A stretch of DNA of 64,000 nt from the human T2T-CHM13v2.0 reference genome, Homo sapiens, in NCBI RefSeq assembly GCF_009914755.1, contig NC_060932.1. One strand, written 5' to 3'. This document shows positions 42,510 to 60,070 of the stretch, piece after piece; positions within the stretch are counted from its first letter, which is position 1, and each line of letters opens with the position of its first letter. The position numbers were made by a program, and so were the translations under genes. The notes under the pieces were generated by a model that did no database searches, was not told the origin of the DNA, and was given only the letters and a program-made list of their open reading frames with translations.

Positions 42510-42750
42510 GAATTAATATTTGCACAGGCGTTCATAGTTCCCAAAGAATTTTTTAGAAATATTTTCTCGTAAGTTCTCACCACAGCTGTATAAGGAGGAT
42601 CCTGTTTTTACTACCTCGCAGATGGGGAAAGTGAAAATTGCAGAAATGAGGTGATATTGCTTCAGGTCACATTACTACTAAATGATGGGTTGGAACTGCA
42701 GCCTGGGTTTGGTGCTTCTAAATTGCACTTTCTTTTTACCATGGTACATT
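42510..42750 (-). mobile_element. MIR SINE
   Basis: gcagatggggaaagtgaa...gaggtgatattgcttcaggtcac. Confidence 0.55.
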
Positions 42751-44099
42751 CCAATATTACCCTTTAACATATTGTTCTATTTGGCTTTGTCAACCCTTTT
42801 CTAGGACTGGATCATTTGAAATAAGCCAAAAAAAATGTGTCTGAAATTAAAATGTCTTACTGATTCTTTTTATTATGTGCTCGGCCTTCATAACCATCAA
42901 TATATGAATACTGGGAGACAAAGTGAAAAATTGTATCCGAAATTATTATTCTCTGTGAGGATAAAAGGGTAGTAAGAAGGGAAAAAGAAATGGAGGAAAA
43001 AAGCTGCTGCTTCAAAAAAAAAAAAAAAAGCCAACTAGGTTTTCCATAATTGGTCGCTAAAAATTGCTACTATTTGTCAACTGAGAATATCCAGTCTTCT
43101 TCAAAATCGTATTTCTTCTCCTCTTCACTATGCCTTCAGCTTTTAGTGTAACACAGCCCACTTCATCATAATCTCCTTGCCTTCAAATGACATACTCCCA
43201 CATATGTTGCTGTAACAGCAGAAATTCTTGGAGCTGAAAAATGTCTTCATATTTTCCAAAAAAAAAAAAAAAAAAAAAAGCAGGGAGGGAGGGGAAAATA
43301 GAGTGAGAGAAGGAGAGAAGGAGACCTCAGCTTTTCTATCCAGACGATTATCCTCACCTGTGGAAATGTGCTCACTTACCCACAGGTCCTGCTCAACCAA
43401 GATGGACCCATTCAAAGATTCAGGGCTATTCAAAACCCATCCTAGTGCTAATTCACACTTAAAGAAGGAACCCTTGGACATCATATACTAAATAGAACAA
43501 GTCAACCCACTCCTTATTCATGTAAGAACTGCTTGTCGAGTTCTCATTACTATCCATCCCACCCATCCCAGAAGTAACTTGTTTCATGTTTCATTTACCC
43601 TCCTAACCATAGTGCATGGTAACATTCCATTTTAATATCTATGGATTAGATTATCTTTCATGGTTTATGGAATGCTTTTCAGTCCATCTGTGTACTTGAT
43701 CATGCTTCTGGCTCATCAGCAGGCAGACATGCATGCCTGTCCTTCCATAGGCACACCAGAACTAATAATCAACACCTGGTCTCTTGGTTTTGAATGCCAT
43801 TTTAACCTCACCCAGGTGACATCTTTTATCTCTGCTTTGTGGCACTGGGCAAAAGAAAGCAATAAAACTTTGAGTGACACGAGGCTCATGCCTGATCATT
43901 TAATCTTCATTTGGAATGAGGAGGAGATTGAGATAGTCTGTGGCTTCACAAAAAATCCCAGGTTTACCAAAGCTTTAGCTCAAGTCTTAAGCCACTTATG
44001 TTTGAATTTTGAGCAATTTCTGTTTTGTTATCCTGCTGATATACCAATGCCATAAAATAGGAATTAATTTTAAGTACATTAGAAGCCCTCTTAACCTTC

Positions 44100-44760
44100 T
44101 GCTTTAACAACTACTCAGATTGGCCGTGCGCCTCATGCCGTAGGTAGTCATGCTGACTGGGCCTCCTCCCAAGCCACAGGCTTAGGCTGCGGGCTACCCC
44201 AGGATGGTCTTGCACTTTTACCCCCACAGCAAGAGCTCTGTGCTCACCAAAATCCCATTACATTCATTTACCTCATTTATACTTGTATTATAATTATGTT
44301 ATTTAAGTAAATATTACATCTGCCAATAAAATATGAATGCCCAAAGAGAAAGAGTTGTTTCTATTGAAACTAAAATGAATGCCTTAGAAAGACACGATCA
44401 AAGCAAGTTTTAAAAAATCACCACCAAACCAGATATGGGTTATAAAAGATTAAGAAAAGACAGTGTAAAACTCTAGAAGGAATGTAGATTGTTTGCAAAG
44501 TTTTAAGCCACTTTAGGGAAAGTTAAATGGGACACTGAAGATTATACTTTGTGGGTGTGATTCAAACAGTGGACATGGAACATAAATTGGCAGACATACA
44601 TGCATATTTATGAGGCCTTTGCCTATATCAAAAGGTTATCAAATTAATGTACATTTATATGTTTTCAATTAAAATAAAACATTGCAAATATGTTCATGTC
44701 AACTTTTATGCTTTCCCAAGTTGTTGAACCAATTTTTGGTCCCAACTATGTGGAAATACT
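44100..44760 (+). mobile_element. Tigger (TcMar) non-autonomous DNA transposon, Tigger13a-like
   Basis: Decayed transposase N-terminus at ~44351-44404 reading RVVSIETKMNALERHDQS (CENP-B/psq HTH-like); aattaaaataaaa...aaatatg 3' region. Confidence 0.6.
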
Positions 44761-44894
44761 TCAAGAACCCATAACAAAGATATGAAATTGGAGTGAATAA
44801 CTGTTCAATACTTTGTCTGAGAAAAGATGCAAGGAATTAGACATTATATATTACATGAGGTATTTGAAGAGACTATCCTTCACACAATCAGATC

Positions 44895-44933
44895 ATATTA
44901 TACTTGATCTTAGCCAAAAGGCTAAGAAGCAAT
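44895..44933 (-). pseudogene. 3'-truncated U2 snRNA retropseudogene (U2 nt ~1-34/39)
   Basis: Minus strand ATTGCTTCTTAGCCTTTTGGCTAAGATCAAGTATAATAT vs U2 ATCGCTTCTCGGCCTTTTGGCTAAGATCAAGTGTAGTAT; direct repeats cagatcatatt (44889-44899) / cagattatatt (44934-44944). Confidence 0.9.
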
Positions 44934-45619
44934 CAGATTATATTTTAAGTGGTCATTTTAGAACATTGTCTTCACCCTTTTAAGAGTCAGATTTTGAAAC
45001 TATCTTCTAGTAATGCCATAAAGGTTAGGAAAAAGAATTGGGGAAATCTTCAAATATAAACATTATTTGGCTGATCCTTAAAGGCTTAAGAGAGATAGGA
45101 AAGACAGAATTTGAATCAGAAGAACTAACATGGAAACATATTTTTACAGGAATGTATAATGTATGCTGTAGGAGTGAAGGATATAATCCAAGTTGTCAGG
45201 GAAAAGGTGTACATGTGAGAGAAACTTGGAAAATTACATTATAAAAGGATGGCCTGGAATGTCAGCCTAAACTCTTTGGACTTTATTTTGCAGAAAATGA
45301 GTTATGAAAGCATCCTAGCAGGATATAATATGGTCAGGGTTATATTTTCATATAATGAGGACCAATAAAAGATAATTCCCTGAACTTAGTAATTAGAAAA
45401 TTATGAGTGACTCTTGGGGAACAGTTTTAGAAGGATTGGAGGCAAAAGTCTAGTTCAAGGTAATAATGAGTACATAGTAAGGGAAATTTGAGAAACAACA
45501 TAGACATTACTTTTGAGAAGTTGCACAGTGGATGCCAGGGAAAATAGGACTAAAATTAAAGCAGTACCAGAGCTGAGGGAAGATTATTTAAGGGTTTGGA
45601 GACCTACATTATTTGTAAG

Positions 45620-46050
45620 TGTCAAGAGCTGTAAAGGGTCTGAGACTTAACCCGCTTCCAAGCTATCAAGTTAGCATGCCACAGTTCCACAGATGCTGGC
45701 AGAAGACGGAGCCCCTGAGTCAGAGACAAAGGACTTTATTACTGCAATAGCAGTAACCAGAGAATAAGTGTTTTCTCGTGCTATTTCCCGTATGTCCCCG
45801 TCCCACAGGGCAACAGAGAGAAGGCCAAGTGACACCTACATACACAGTGGGTTTCTTTATAGGAGAGAAATGCTGGGTTTAGAGATCCCAAATCTTTTAT
45901 AAGTGAGACAGAGAGCGAGATACTCTCTGTCTTCCAAGGCTATTTGCTATATAAACATCCTTAGGATACTAGTCCAGAACAAAGGCAGCCATGCCTCTGC
46001 TCAAAGACAGAAAGATACATAGGAGACCTATGGAGAACTGTTTCCCAATA
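45620..46050 (-). mobile_element. MER39-family solo LTR
   Basis: tgtcaagagctgtaaagggtctgaga...gagtcagagacaaaggactttattact...ggagaactgtttcccaata; exact 5-bp TSD gtaag at 45615-45619 and 46051-46055. Confidence 0.8.
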
Positions 46051-49000
46051 GTAAGTAAAAGAGATTTGGAGGGGGAAATATTGAAGATGATAAAATATTA
46101 TCAGATAATTTAATGCATAAGGTTTGACAAGGCGTTAAAAGAGCTAGAATCAAGAGCATTGAAGGTAACGTTGGTTTTGGAAAGCAGAAGGAACTGTTTC
46201 TATCTAGAAAAGGAGAGATCAAGCAAGTAATGAGTATGTTACAATAAAATTTTAAAGAAGAAAAATAGGAAGCTTCAGGAACTTTGATCAGCATGAAGAG
46301 ATGAGGCCAACTGTGAAGATCTACCAGGATGGTTCAAGGCTGGGAGTAGGAAAAGGTAAGATGGAGAAGACAGGAAAAATTTTCTAAAGTTTTAGATACC
46401 TGCTATGAAAAATGTGACACAATGTCAACAAGGAACAGATAAAAAGACTGCAGGAAATAGTGAGGGTCTAGCGTAGGAGAGGTAGATTGTGTGACTTCAT
46501 AATCAGGCAGATCAGACCAGTTTTGTGACTTTGACCAGTAACTCTCTGCTCTATGAAAATTGAAAGAGGGGAATCAAATGATATGAATTATTTAGGGTGG
46601 GAGATAGCAGAAGGCCTAGGGGGTGAGGAATTCTAAACTAATGGCATCTTTAGGAGAAAAAGGAAAGTTAATCATTAAATCAAAAAGTGTGGAAAGCAAG
46701 GAGCTGTCCAGCAGAAGTGTGGCTGATAGCTGGGAAGTACAGATGTTACAGTTGCAGAGGGAGAATGCAGTTCCACAGAGGAGCATTTCTAAATGAAGAA
46801 GGGCCTTCAGAGTTGAGAGGAAGAAAAGTTAGAAGTCAGAAGAAGGCCTGTCAATCAATTGACTCAGAATGAAGGCAGAAGAAGACAGCATGGACAACCA
46901 AGGGGTCCACCACCCTTCCTGTTAATTTTGTTTCTTTTTGTAGACTTGCATTTGGCTCTTGCATTTTCTTACATCAGCAAATGTGATTTTGCCCAAGTGA
47001 CAGCAGTGATATGTTGATACAAACCAGATACTGTTTTCTCCACAAAAGCATTTTTCTTCCCACAGGATTTTTAAAATAATAGTACACTGAGAAATATATT
47101 CATTCTGTTTTTCACATAAATTAATTATTTCTAATTATCTACTTATTTATGCATCTGTGTGAGACATTATTTAACCTACACAGGAATCAAGTATCTCACA
47201 TTTTAAACTTTGCATTGTTTCCTTAGTGTCCTTAACTTCCTCCCTCTATCAAGTCTCTTGGTGGCAAAAATATCTCATTATACTAATAAGGAAACACTGA
47301 AGGAAGAAACATCTGACCCTGCAGATTACAAGCTATGAGATGACTCTAGAGTTTCGATATATTTGGAGAACCGTTGCTACAGGGGGAGGAAAGCAATTCA
47401 TAGGAGAAAATAATAGCTGAAGCAGACAGGGCATGAACTTGGGTCAGTTCTGGAGCGATGTGAGCATCAGCCTTCACTTAAGCCTCCCAGGAGACACCAT
47501 TCCCAAGGACTCCTTCTCTAGTCCAACTGACAGGAACTCAAATAATTTCAAATCTTTGACATGGAGTGGAACCAAACCAAAATTCCTTGCTGGAAGTCCT
47601 GAGCCACAAACCTGAGCCAGGCCTAGAGCAGGCTTCCAAGGAACTAGAACTTTCCTGAGGCAACTTCAGTCTCCTGTTTGGCACAAGAGTAGGGGAGTGA
47701 TCTTGGTGTCCATACTAGTATTAATTGATAGAAAGGATGCACCCAACCTGGGCATACCTTTCTGTAAAAGAAATGAAGTGATGTTCTGCTTGTCCCAGTG
47801 ACATTTCAGGGAAATAATTACTACGAAGATACAGAAAAAAAGCCAATCACCATCTTTGAGTATAATTTCGGAAGTCATGCCTGAAATGTATATAGTATCG
47901 CCTTCTTGTTTTTGTCACTCTGTGTGGAACCAGGCAAATAAGGCAAATGATTTCTCCAAATAGTGCCAGTGCTAATGATTGGAAAACCAGCAGGAGGAAG
48001 GGGATAGGGTGATTCCTTTAGTGAATATTCCTCTAGTGAGGCTCATTCCTCCTGTTCCAACAACAATTTTACCTTTGTAGAGTAACTCAGCTTATACATT
48101 ACTGAGGGGGTGGAAATTAAGCAAATGGAGCATGCATGTGGAACAGAAGCTCATCAGGACAAATTCTGACCAAAACCACTTTGTCAGAGTATTTCAGATC
48201 CTGAGGATGTTCCTGAGACTTCACATTAATGCAGAATGTAGTTGTGTTTTCAAGCATTTTAATTTCATCTACAAATAATGATTTTTATTTTAGAAAGAAA
48301 TAATATACCTCACCACCCTCAAAATTAAACTAAAACCAGCTGTAGTTTTATGGGATATGGTCACTTTGCCTTATCAGGAAAGAGAAAGCAATAGACAACA
48401 GGAAGGTAACAAGCTAAGCATAAGCTCCAAGATGCCAAATGAAAGATGGAGAGTTCTCAAGGCAGAGTTCTGGGAATCATGTTTTCTTTATTACAACTCT
48501 GGCAGGATAACCTATAAGTGAATCGCCTCTATCTTTTAAGGTTGGCACTGAGAGCTACGGGAACTGGACTTGACAATACTTACTGTACTTCAAAATAAAA
48601 ATCTGCACTTATTCTGAAGTTTTGTGTGCAAAAAGCTCCCAGATGTGTAATTTGTAAGGACCCCAGGGGTGTAAGCAAACTAGAAAGTACAAATCACATA
48701 TGGCACAAGTTGAAAATTCACAATTATCTGATTAATGGGATAGTATGGAGAGCCAAACTGAGTAAATCAGATTGAAAATCTACCTCTTTCCCTAACCATT
48801 GCAAATTCACTTATAGAAAATATTCATTCATTCACACTCCCATTCTCTCCTTCCGCAATCCTACTGATGCTCATTACATTCAACAGGTGCTGTGCTAGCT
48901 GTGAACCTGAACAGACTTCAGAGTACACAGGCCTCAACATTTGACTTTCCCAACATATGTCAGTCTTGCTCTCACTGCCTTTTTCCTTGTCTTTTTGTAA

Positions 49001-49657
49001 TAATTCATATTTAACATTTCGTCCTTTACTAATTTTGGAATGTAACAGCAAAATTTTCAATTGGGATGTTTTGCTCAAAGAATTCTCTAGATTTTAAGTT
49101 AAAATGTCAATGCCACATCTATTCCACTTCTGTTCACCTGCCCTTGTTTCTCTTTTCTTGAATTTGCCAAGTGCCTATCACAGGATTAACAGAAACCAGC
49201 GTTCAGTAAAAGGTTCACTGCAGAGATGTTACTCAAAGTGTTCCCATCACAGCTATAACTTTGGTTTTATTTTAAACTGGCTACATTTAAAAGTAAATTT
49301 CTTTTCAAAGAAGGCTATTTTCTCATCAACTTATGGTAAATGAAACAACAATTAAAATGAAAAGTCAGATATGTTTCTTTGAAACAAGTCTCCAATCGAC
49401 TGAATAGAAAATGGAAGTATTTTTCAAGACCTGTGACATGCCTTTACTGGCAACAGCAGACAGATGCTTGTTGCAAGTCATGGTGCCAGCCTGGGTTGAC
49501 TCTTCTTGGAGTTTTCATGGTTTCCTAGAAATGTAACAAGATAATGTGTTCCTTTAACAAATGGCTACCCCATGCCAAAGAGTAGAAGGTTGCTCCATAT
49601 TACTTTTTATCTTTGTACCTTCTTATTCTACTTTCATTACCCAAAACATTGTCAAGA

Positions 49658-49958
49658 GGACGGGCATAGTGGCTCACACTTGTAATCCCAGCAATTTGGG
49701 AAGCAGAAGCAGGTGGATTGCCTGAGCTCAGGAGTTCGAGACCAGCCTCAGCAACATGGTGAGACCCTGTCTCTATAAAAAATATAAAAAATAGCTGGGC
49801 ATGGTGGCACATACCTGTAGTCCCAGCTACTTAGGGGGATGTGGTAGGAGAATCCTGGAACCCAGGAAGTTGAAACTGCAATGAGCCATGTTTGTGCCAC
49901 TACACTCCAGCCTGGGTGAAAGAGTGGGACTTTGTCTCAAAATAACAAACAAACAAAC
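49658..49958 (+). mobile_element. Alu (AluJ)
   Basis: Full dimer, (CAAA)n tail; TSD-like caaaacattgtcaaga / caaaatattatcaaca. Confidence 0.95.
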
Positions 49959-51139
49959 AAAATATTATCAACAGCTTTCTCCTTTTGTGCAGGTACTTCA
50001 AATTAAAGGTGGACTTCAATAAAACACTTCCCAGTGGGTACCTCCACTTAAGGTCTGAACATTTCTCCAGATGATGGCATCTAATTCTATAAAAATGTGT
50101 TTAAGCCCTACTTTTTCAATTCAATATATATAGAATTAGACGTACTGTTCCTGGAACAAGAGAAATCTTTACTGATAACTACTATCTGGGATACTGTCTA
50201 GTGTTCTCATAATTGCCCTTTATTCACAGTCAAAAGCACCACACTATGTCTGTAGTTCCTTCTCAGAGCAGCCACATCCTTCACACTACCTGGAGGTCTC
50301 CAGAGGTGCCACCTACAGTTAGAAGCTCTTGTGCCTCTGTTCATTGACTGAACTACCATTATGTCCATGATGGCTGCTGGGGGAATTTGAGCCCTCTTGC
50401 TCTCCAGAGATACTTCTTAGAAACCTGGATTTTTAACAATTACCAACAGCTTTTCACATTAAAACGCTCTGATACTTTAAAAGTTCCTAAATCAGATAGA
50501 CAGGCACCATCCTTAGTTGTGCCATGACATTTTCATCGATCAGATTACTTCTCAATCTTCTCTGGACTTAGGTTATTTGAGCAAAAGCTATTAATTACAT
50601 ACAGTGAAATCTGTTTACTTCAAAATCCCACCAATTAGGAATCCATGGTTTTTAGGAAATAAAGAAAATAAGTTTAAAATTTATTGTCTCATTAGTCAAT
50701 AAAATGTTGTTGAGCCAATTAATAGCATAGCAAGATCTGTTAATCCCATAATAATCAACCCCATAGCAATGAAACCACAGCAATGGGAAATGTTACAGAC
50801 TTTTAAAAATGAAATTTTTCAGGCACTTTAAAGTACTTCCTATGCTAACTTCAATCCTTTTTAAAAAAAAAATTATTTACTAACTAATTTATTAACCAAC
50901 AAAGTCTATGAAATATGTTAGCAAAAGTTAGGCCTGCATGCATATTTAAACAACACAGCTATATTTCTAGATAATTATTTATGGAGTTTTATTTACATAT
51001 TCATACTGGTATTACCTTTTTATATTAATTAGGTTTTGTGCCATTAACATTATTTTTAGGAAAGTACTCATCCTTCATATTCTCTTAAAATATTCATTAA
51101 CAAAGTATTTTAGAGTAAATTCTATAGGTATTATAGCTA

Positions 51140-51700
51140 TTTTCTTTTATTTTTTATTATACTTTAAGTTATAGGTTACACATGCACAATGTGCAGGTTT
51201 GTTACATAGCTATATATGTGCCATGTTGGTTTGCTGCACCCATCAACTCGTCATTTACATTAGGTATTTCTCCTAATGCTATCCTTCCCCCAGCCCCCCA
51301 CCAGCCGACAGGCCCTGGTGTGTGATGTTCCCCTCCCTGTGTCCATGTGTTCTCATTGTTCAGCTCCCACCTATGAGTGAGAACGTGGTGTTTGGTTTTC
51401 TGTCCTTGTGATAGTTTGCTGAGAATGATGGTTTCTAGCTTCATCCATGTCCCTGCAAAGGACATGAACTCATCCTTTTTTTGGCTGCATAGTATTCCAT
51501 GGTATATATGTGCCACATTTTCTTTATCCAGTCTATCATTGATGGGCATTTGCGTTGGTTCCAAGTCTTTGCTATTGTGAATAGTGCCGCAATAAACATA
51601 CGTGTGCATGTGTCTTTATAGCAGCATGATTTATAATCCTTTGGGTATTTACCCAGTAATGGGATTGCTGGGTCAAATGGTATTTCTAGTTCTAGATCCT
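51140..51700 (-). mobile_element. 5'-truncated L1PA (about PA5-6) 3' end
   Basis: ORF 51441-51809 contains [16 protein letters not shown]...[14 protein letters not shown]; 3'UTR and T-rich tail present. Confidence 0.95.
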
Positions 51701-52369
51701 GATATGGTAGGTTCACATTACAATTACTGGATCTAAATTGTAGTATATACAGGTCTATGTGTGCAATAAAATGGATAATAACATGTAAAATAAAGAAAAT
51801 TTTATACATGTAGTTTTTCTGAAATCTTGGTTAAAGAATATAAAATCCTTGATTCATATGAAATTTCTAGGTGTTTGAAGCCAATAAGTGTTTGGGGTAT
51901 TGAATGAGCAAGACAATCCTCCCTCTACTTTTTTATTTGCTTATTGTAATTTCTTTTTTAAAATAACATTAGCCACGAATAATTTTCAAAGTAATTGAAC
52001 TTATTTTCTGTTATTTTAGAAATTTTTAAAATTTTAATTCACAAGGTAATCTAACATACACTATTTTAAACAATTATAATAATAGTAAAAATCACCCCAT
52101 TAGAATAAGACGCTCATTATCCAAATACAATTATTTTCCATTTTACAATTTCTTCTGCTTTTCTCATTACCAAACGTATACCTTTTCTAGTTAAATCATG
52201 GTGCACATAATATTTTATGTTCTTCTCTCTGAATTCTGTAATAAATATTTTCTACATTTCTATGTAGTCTTATTTTTAATATTAAATGATTAGTCATTAT
52301 TTAAGTGGCAAAAAAGAACACAAATTTACAAGAGGTGTGTCTTCTGTTTTTTAGAAAATCTCAGATTCA

Positions 52370-52932
<563 letters not shown>

Positions 52933-53234
52933 TTTTTTTTTTTTTAATACTTTAAGTTCTGGGATACATGTGCAGAACGTGCAGGTTTGTTACATAGTTA
53001 TACACTTGCCATGGTTGTTTGCTGCACTCATCAACCCATCATCTACATTAGGTATTTCTCCTAATGGTCTCCCTCCCCTAGCCCCCCACCCTGCAACAGG
53101 CTCAGGTGTGTGATGTTCCCCTCCCTGTGTCCATGTGTTCTCATTGTTCAACTCCCACTTATGAGTGAGAACATGCCATGTTTGGTTTTCTGTTCCTCTG
53201 TTACTTTGCTGAGAATAATGGTTTCCACCTTCAT

Positions 53235-56976
<3,742 letters not shown>

Positions 56977-56983
56977 TATGATG

Positions 56984-58064
56984 CTAGCTAGTTATTTTGC
57001 CCATTAGTTGATGCAGTTTCTTCATAGTGTCGATGGTCTTTACAATTTGGTATGTTTTTGCAGTGGCTGGTACTGGTTTTTCCTTTCCATGTTTAGTGCT
57101 TCCTTCAGGAGCTCTTGTTAAGGCAGGCCTGGTGGTGACAAAATCTCTCAGCATTTGCTTGTCTGTAAGGGACTTTATTTCTCCTTCGCTTATGAAGCTT
57201 AGTTTGGCTGGATATGAAATTCTGGGTTGAAAATTCTTTTCTTTAAGGTTGTTGAATATTGGCCCCCACTCTCTTCTGACTTGTAGGGTTTCTGCTGAGA
57301 GATCCGCTGTTAGTCTGATGGGTTTCCCTTTGTGGGTAACCTGACCTTTCTCTCTGTCTGCCCTTAACATTTTTTCCTTCATTTCAACCTTGGTGAATCT
57401 GATGATTATGTGTCTTGGGGTTTCTCTTCTCGAGGAGTATCTTTGTAGTGTTCTCTATATTTCCTGAATTTGAATGTTGGCCTATCTTGCTAGGTTGGGG
57501 AAGTTCTCCTGAATAATATCCTGAAGAGTGTTTTCCAACTTGGTTCCATTCTCCTTGTCACTTTCAGGTATACCAATCAAATGTAGGTTTGGTCTTTTCA
57601 CATAATCCCATATTTCTTGGAGGCTTTGTTCATTCCTTTTCATTCTTTTTCTCTAATCTTGTCTTCATGCTTTATTTCATTAAGTTGATCTTCAATGTCT
57701 GATATCCTTTCTTCCGCTTAATCAATTAGGCTATTGATGCTTGTGTATGCTTCATGAAGTTCTTGTGCTGTGCTTTTCAGCTCCATCAGGTCATTTATGT
57801 TCTTCTCTAAACTGGTTATTCTAGTTAGCAATTTCTCCAACCTTTTTTAAGGTTCTTAGCATCCTTGCATTGAGTTAGAACATGCTCCTTTAGCTCAGAG
57901 GAGTTTGTTATTACCCACCTTCTGAAGCCTACATCTGTCAACTCGTCAAACTCATTCTCCATCCAGTTTTGTTCCGTTGCTGGTGAGGAATTGTGATCTT
58001 TTGAAGGAAAAGAGGTGTTCTGTTTTTTGGGATTTTCAGCCTTTTTGTGCTGGTTTTTCCTCAT
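56984..58064 (-). pseudogene. L1 ORF1, disrupted
   Basis: MRKNQHKKAENPK... and KEKMLRADREKGQVTHKGKPIRLTADLSAETLQ... lie in separate broken ORFs. Confidence 0.95.
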
Positions 58065-59310
58065 CTTCTTGGATTTATCTACCTTAGGTCTTTGATGCCG
58101 GTGACCTTTGGATGGGGTTTTTGTGTGGATGTCCCTTTTGTTGATGTTGATGCTATTCCTTTCTGTTAGTTTTCCTTCTAACCATCATGCCCCTCTGCTG
58201 CCGGTCTGCTGTAGTTTACAGGAGGTCCACTCCAGACCCCATTTGCCTGGGTATCACCAGCGGAGGCTGCAGAACAGCAAAGATTGCTGCCTGTTCCTTC
58301 CTCCAGAAGCTTCGTCCCAGAGGGGTACCCGCCAGATGCCAGCTGGAGCTCTTTTGTATGAGATGTCTGTCAACCCCTGCTGGGAGGTGTCTCTCAGTCA
58401 GGAGGCATGAGGGTCAGGGACCCATGTGAGGAGACAGTCTGACCCTTAGCAGAGCTCGAGCACTGTGCTGGGACATCCACTGCTCTCTTTAGAGCTGGCA
58501 GGCAGGAATATTTAAGTCTGCTGAAGCTGTGTCCACAGCTGCCCCTTCCCCCAGGTGCTCTGTCCCAGGGAGATGGGCATTTTATCTATAAGTCCCTGAC
58601 TGGGGCTGCTGCCTTTCTTTCAGAGATGCCTGGCCCAGAGAGGAGGAATCTAGAGAGGCAGTCTGGCTATAGCAGCTTTGCCGAGCTGCAGTGGGCTTCG
58701 CCCGGTTCGAACTTCCAGGCAGCTTTGATTACACCGTGAGGGGAAAATCACCTACTCAAGCCTCAGTAATGGCAGACGCCCCTCCCCCCATCAAACTCCA
58801 GCATCCCAGGTAGACTTCAGACTGCTGTGCTGGCAGCGACAATCTCAAGCCAGTGGATCTTAGCTTGCTGGGCTCTGTGGGGGTAGGATCCACTGAGCTA
58901 GACCACTTGGTTCGCTGGCTTCAGCCACCTTTCCAGAGGAGTGAACAGTTCTGTCTTTCTGGCATTCCAGGCACCACTGGGGTATGAAAAAAAAAAAAAA
59001 CTCTGGCAGCTAGCTTGGTGTCTGCACAATCAGCTGCCCAGTTTTGTGCTTGAAACCCAGGACCTTGGTGGTGTAGGCACCCGAGGGAATCTCCTGGTCT
59101 GCGGGTTATGAAGACCGTGGGAAAAGCGTAGTATCTGGACCGGAATGCACTGTTCCTCACGTCACAGTCCCTCACAGCTTCCCTTGGCTAGGAGAAGGAG
59201 TTCCTCCACCCCTTGTGCTTCCCAGGTAAGGCGACACCCCACCCTGCTTCGGCTCACCCTCCATGGGCTGCACCCACTGTCTAACCACTCCCAATGAGAT
59301 GAACTGGGTA

Positions 59311-60070
59311 AGAACACCTAGGCAACACCACCCAGGACATAGGCATGGGCAAGGACTTCATGACTAAAATACCGAAAGCAATGGTAACAAAAGCCAAAAT
59401 TGACAAATGGGATCTAATTAAACTAAAGAGCTTCTGCACAGCAAAAGAAACTACCATCAGAGTGAACAGGCAACCTATAGAGTGGGAGAAATTTTTTACA
59501 ATCTACCCATCTGACAAAGGGCTAATATCCAGAATCAACAAATAAACAAATTTACAAAAAAAAGAAAAAAAACCCCATCAAAAAGTGGGCAAAGAATATG
59601 AAGACACACTTCTCAAAAGAAGACATTTATGCAGCCAACAGACACATGAAAAAATGCTTATCATCACTGGCCATCAGAGAAATGCAAATCAAAATGACAA
59701 TGAGATACCATCCCACACCAATTAGAATGGTGATCATTAAAAAGTCAAGAAACAACAGGTGCTGGAGAGGATGTGGAGAAATAGGAACGCTTTTACACTC
59801 TTGGTGGGACTGTAAACTAGTTCAACCATTGTGGAAGACAGTGTGGCAATTCCTCAAGGATCTAGAACTAGAAATACCGTTTGACCCAGCCATCCCATTA
59901 CTAGGTATATACCCAAAGGATTATAAATCATGCTGCTATAAAACACATGCACATGTATGTTTATTGCAGCACTATTCACAATAGCAAAGACTTGGAACCA
60001 ACCCAAATGTCCATCAATGATAGACTGGATTAAGAAAATGTGGCACACATACACCATGGAATACTATGCA
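59311..60070 (+). mobile_element. Internal L1PA (about PA4-6) ORF2 fragment inserted in opposite orientation into the host L1 5'UTR
   Basis: ORFs 59345-59545 and 59598-59984; host UTR is interrupted at gaactgggta | ctcagttggaaatgc; no tail, no TSD. Confidence 0.93.

Noticed and set aside
43660-44055. 131-aa plus-strand ORF
   Set aside because: No recognisable homology or exon structure; length is compatible with chance.
46920-47070. Two strong plus-strand acceptors (ttctttttgtAG, tttcttcccacAG)
   Set aside because: No convincing downstream donor or coding frame; typical pseudo-acceptors.
49970-50000. Plus-strand ctttctccttttgtgcAG|GTACTT as a recursive splice site
   Set aside because: Good acceptor, but the regenerated donor GTACTT is poor.
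59311-60070. Twin-priming 5' inversion of the large L1
   Set aside because: The host 5'UTR continues on both sides and the insert has different subfamily diagnostics.
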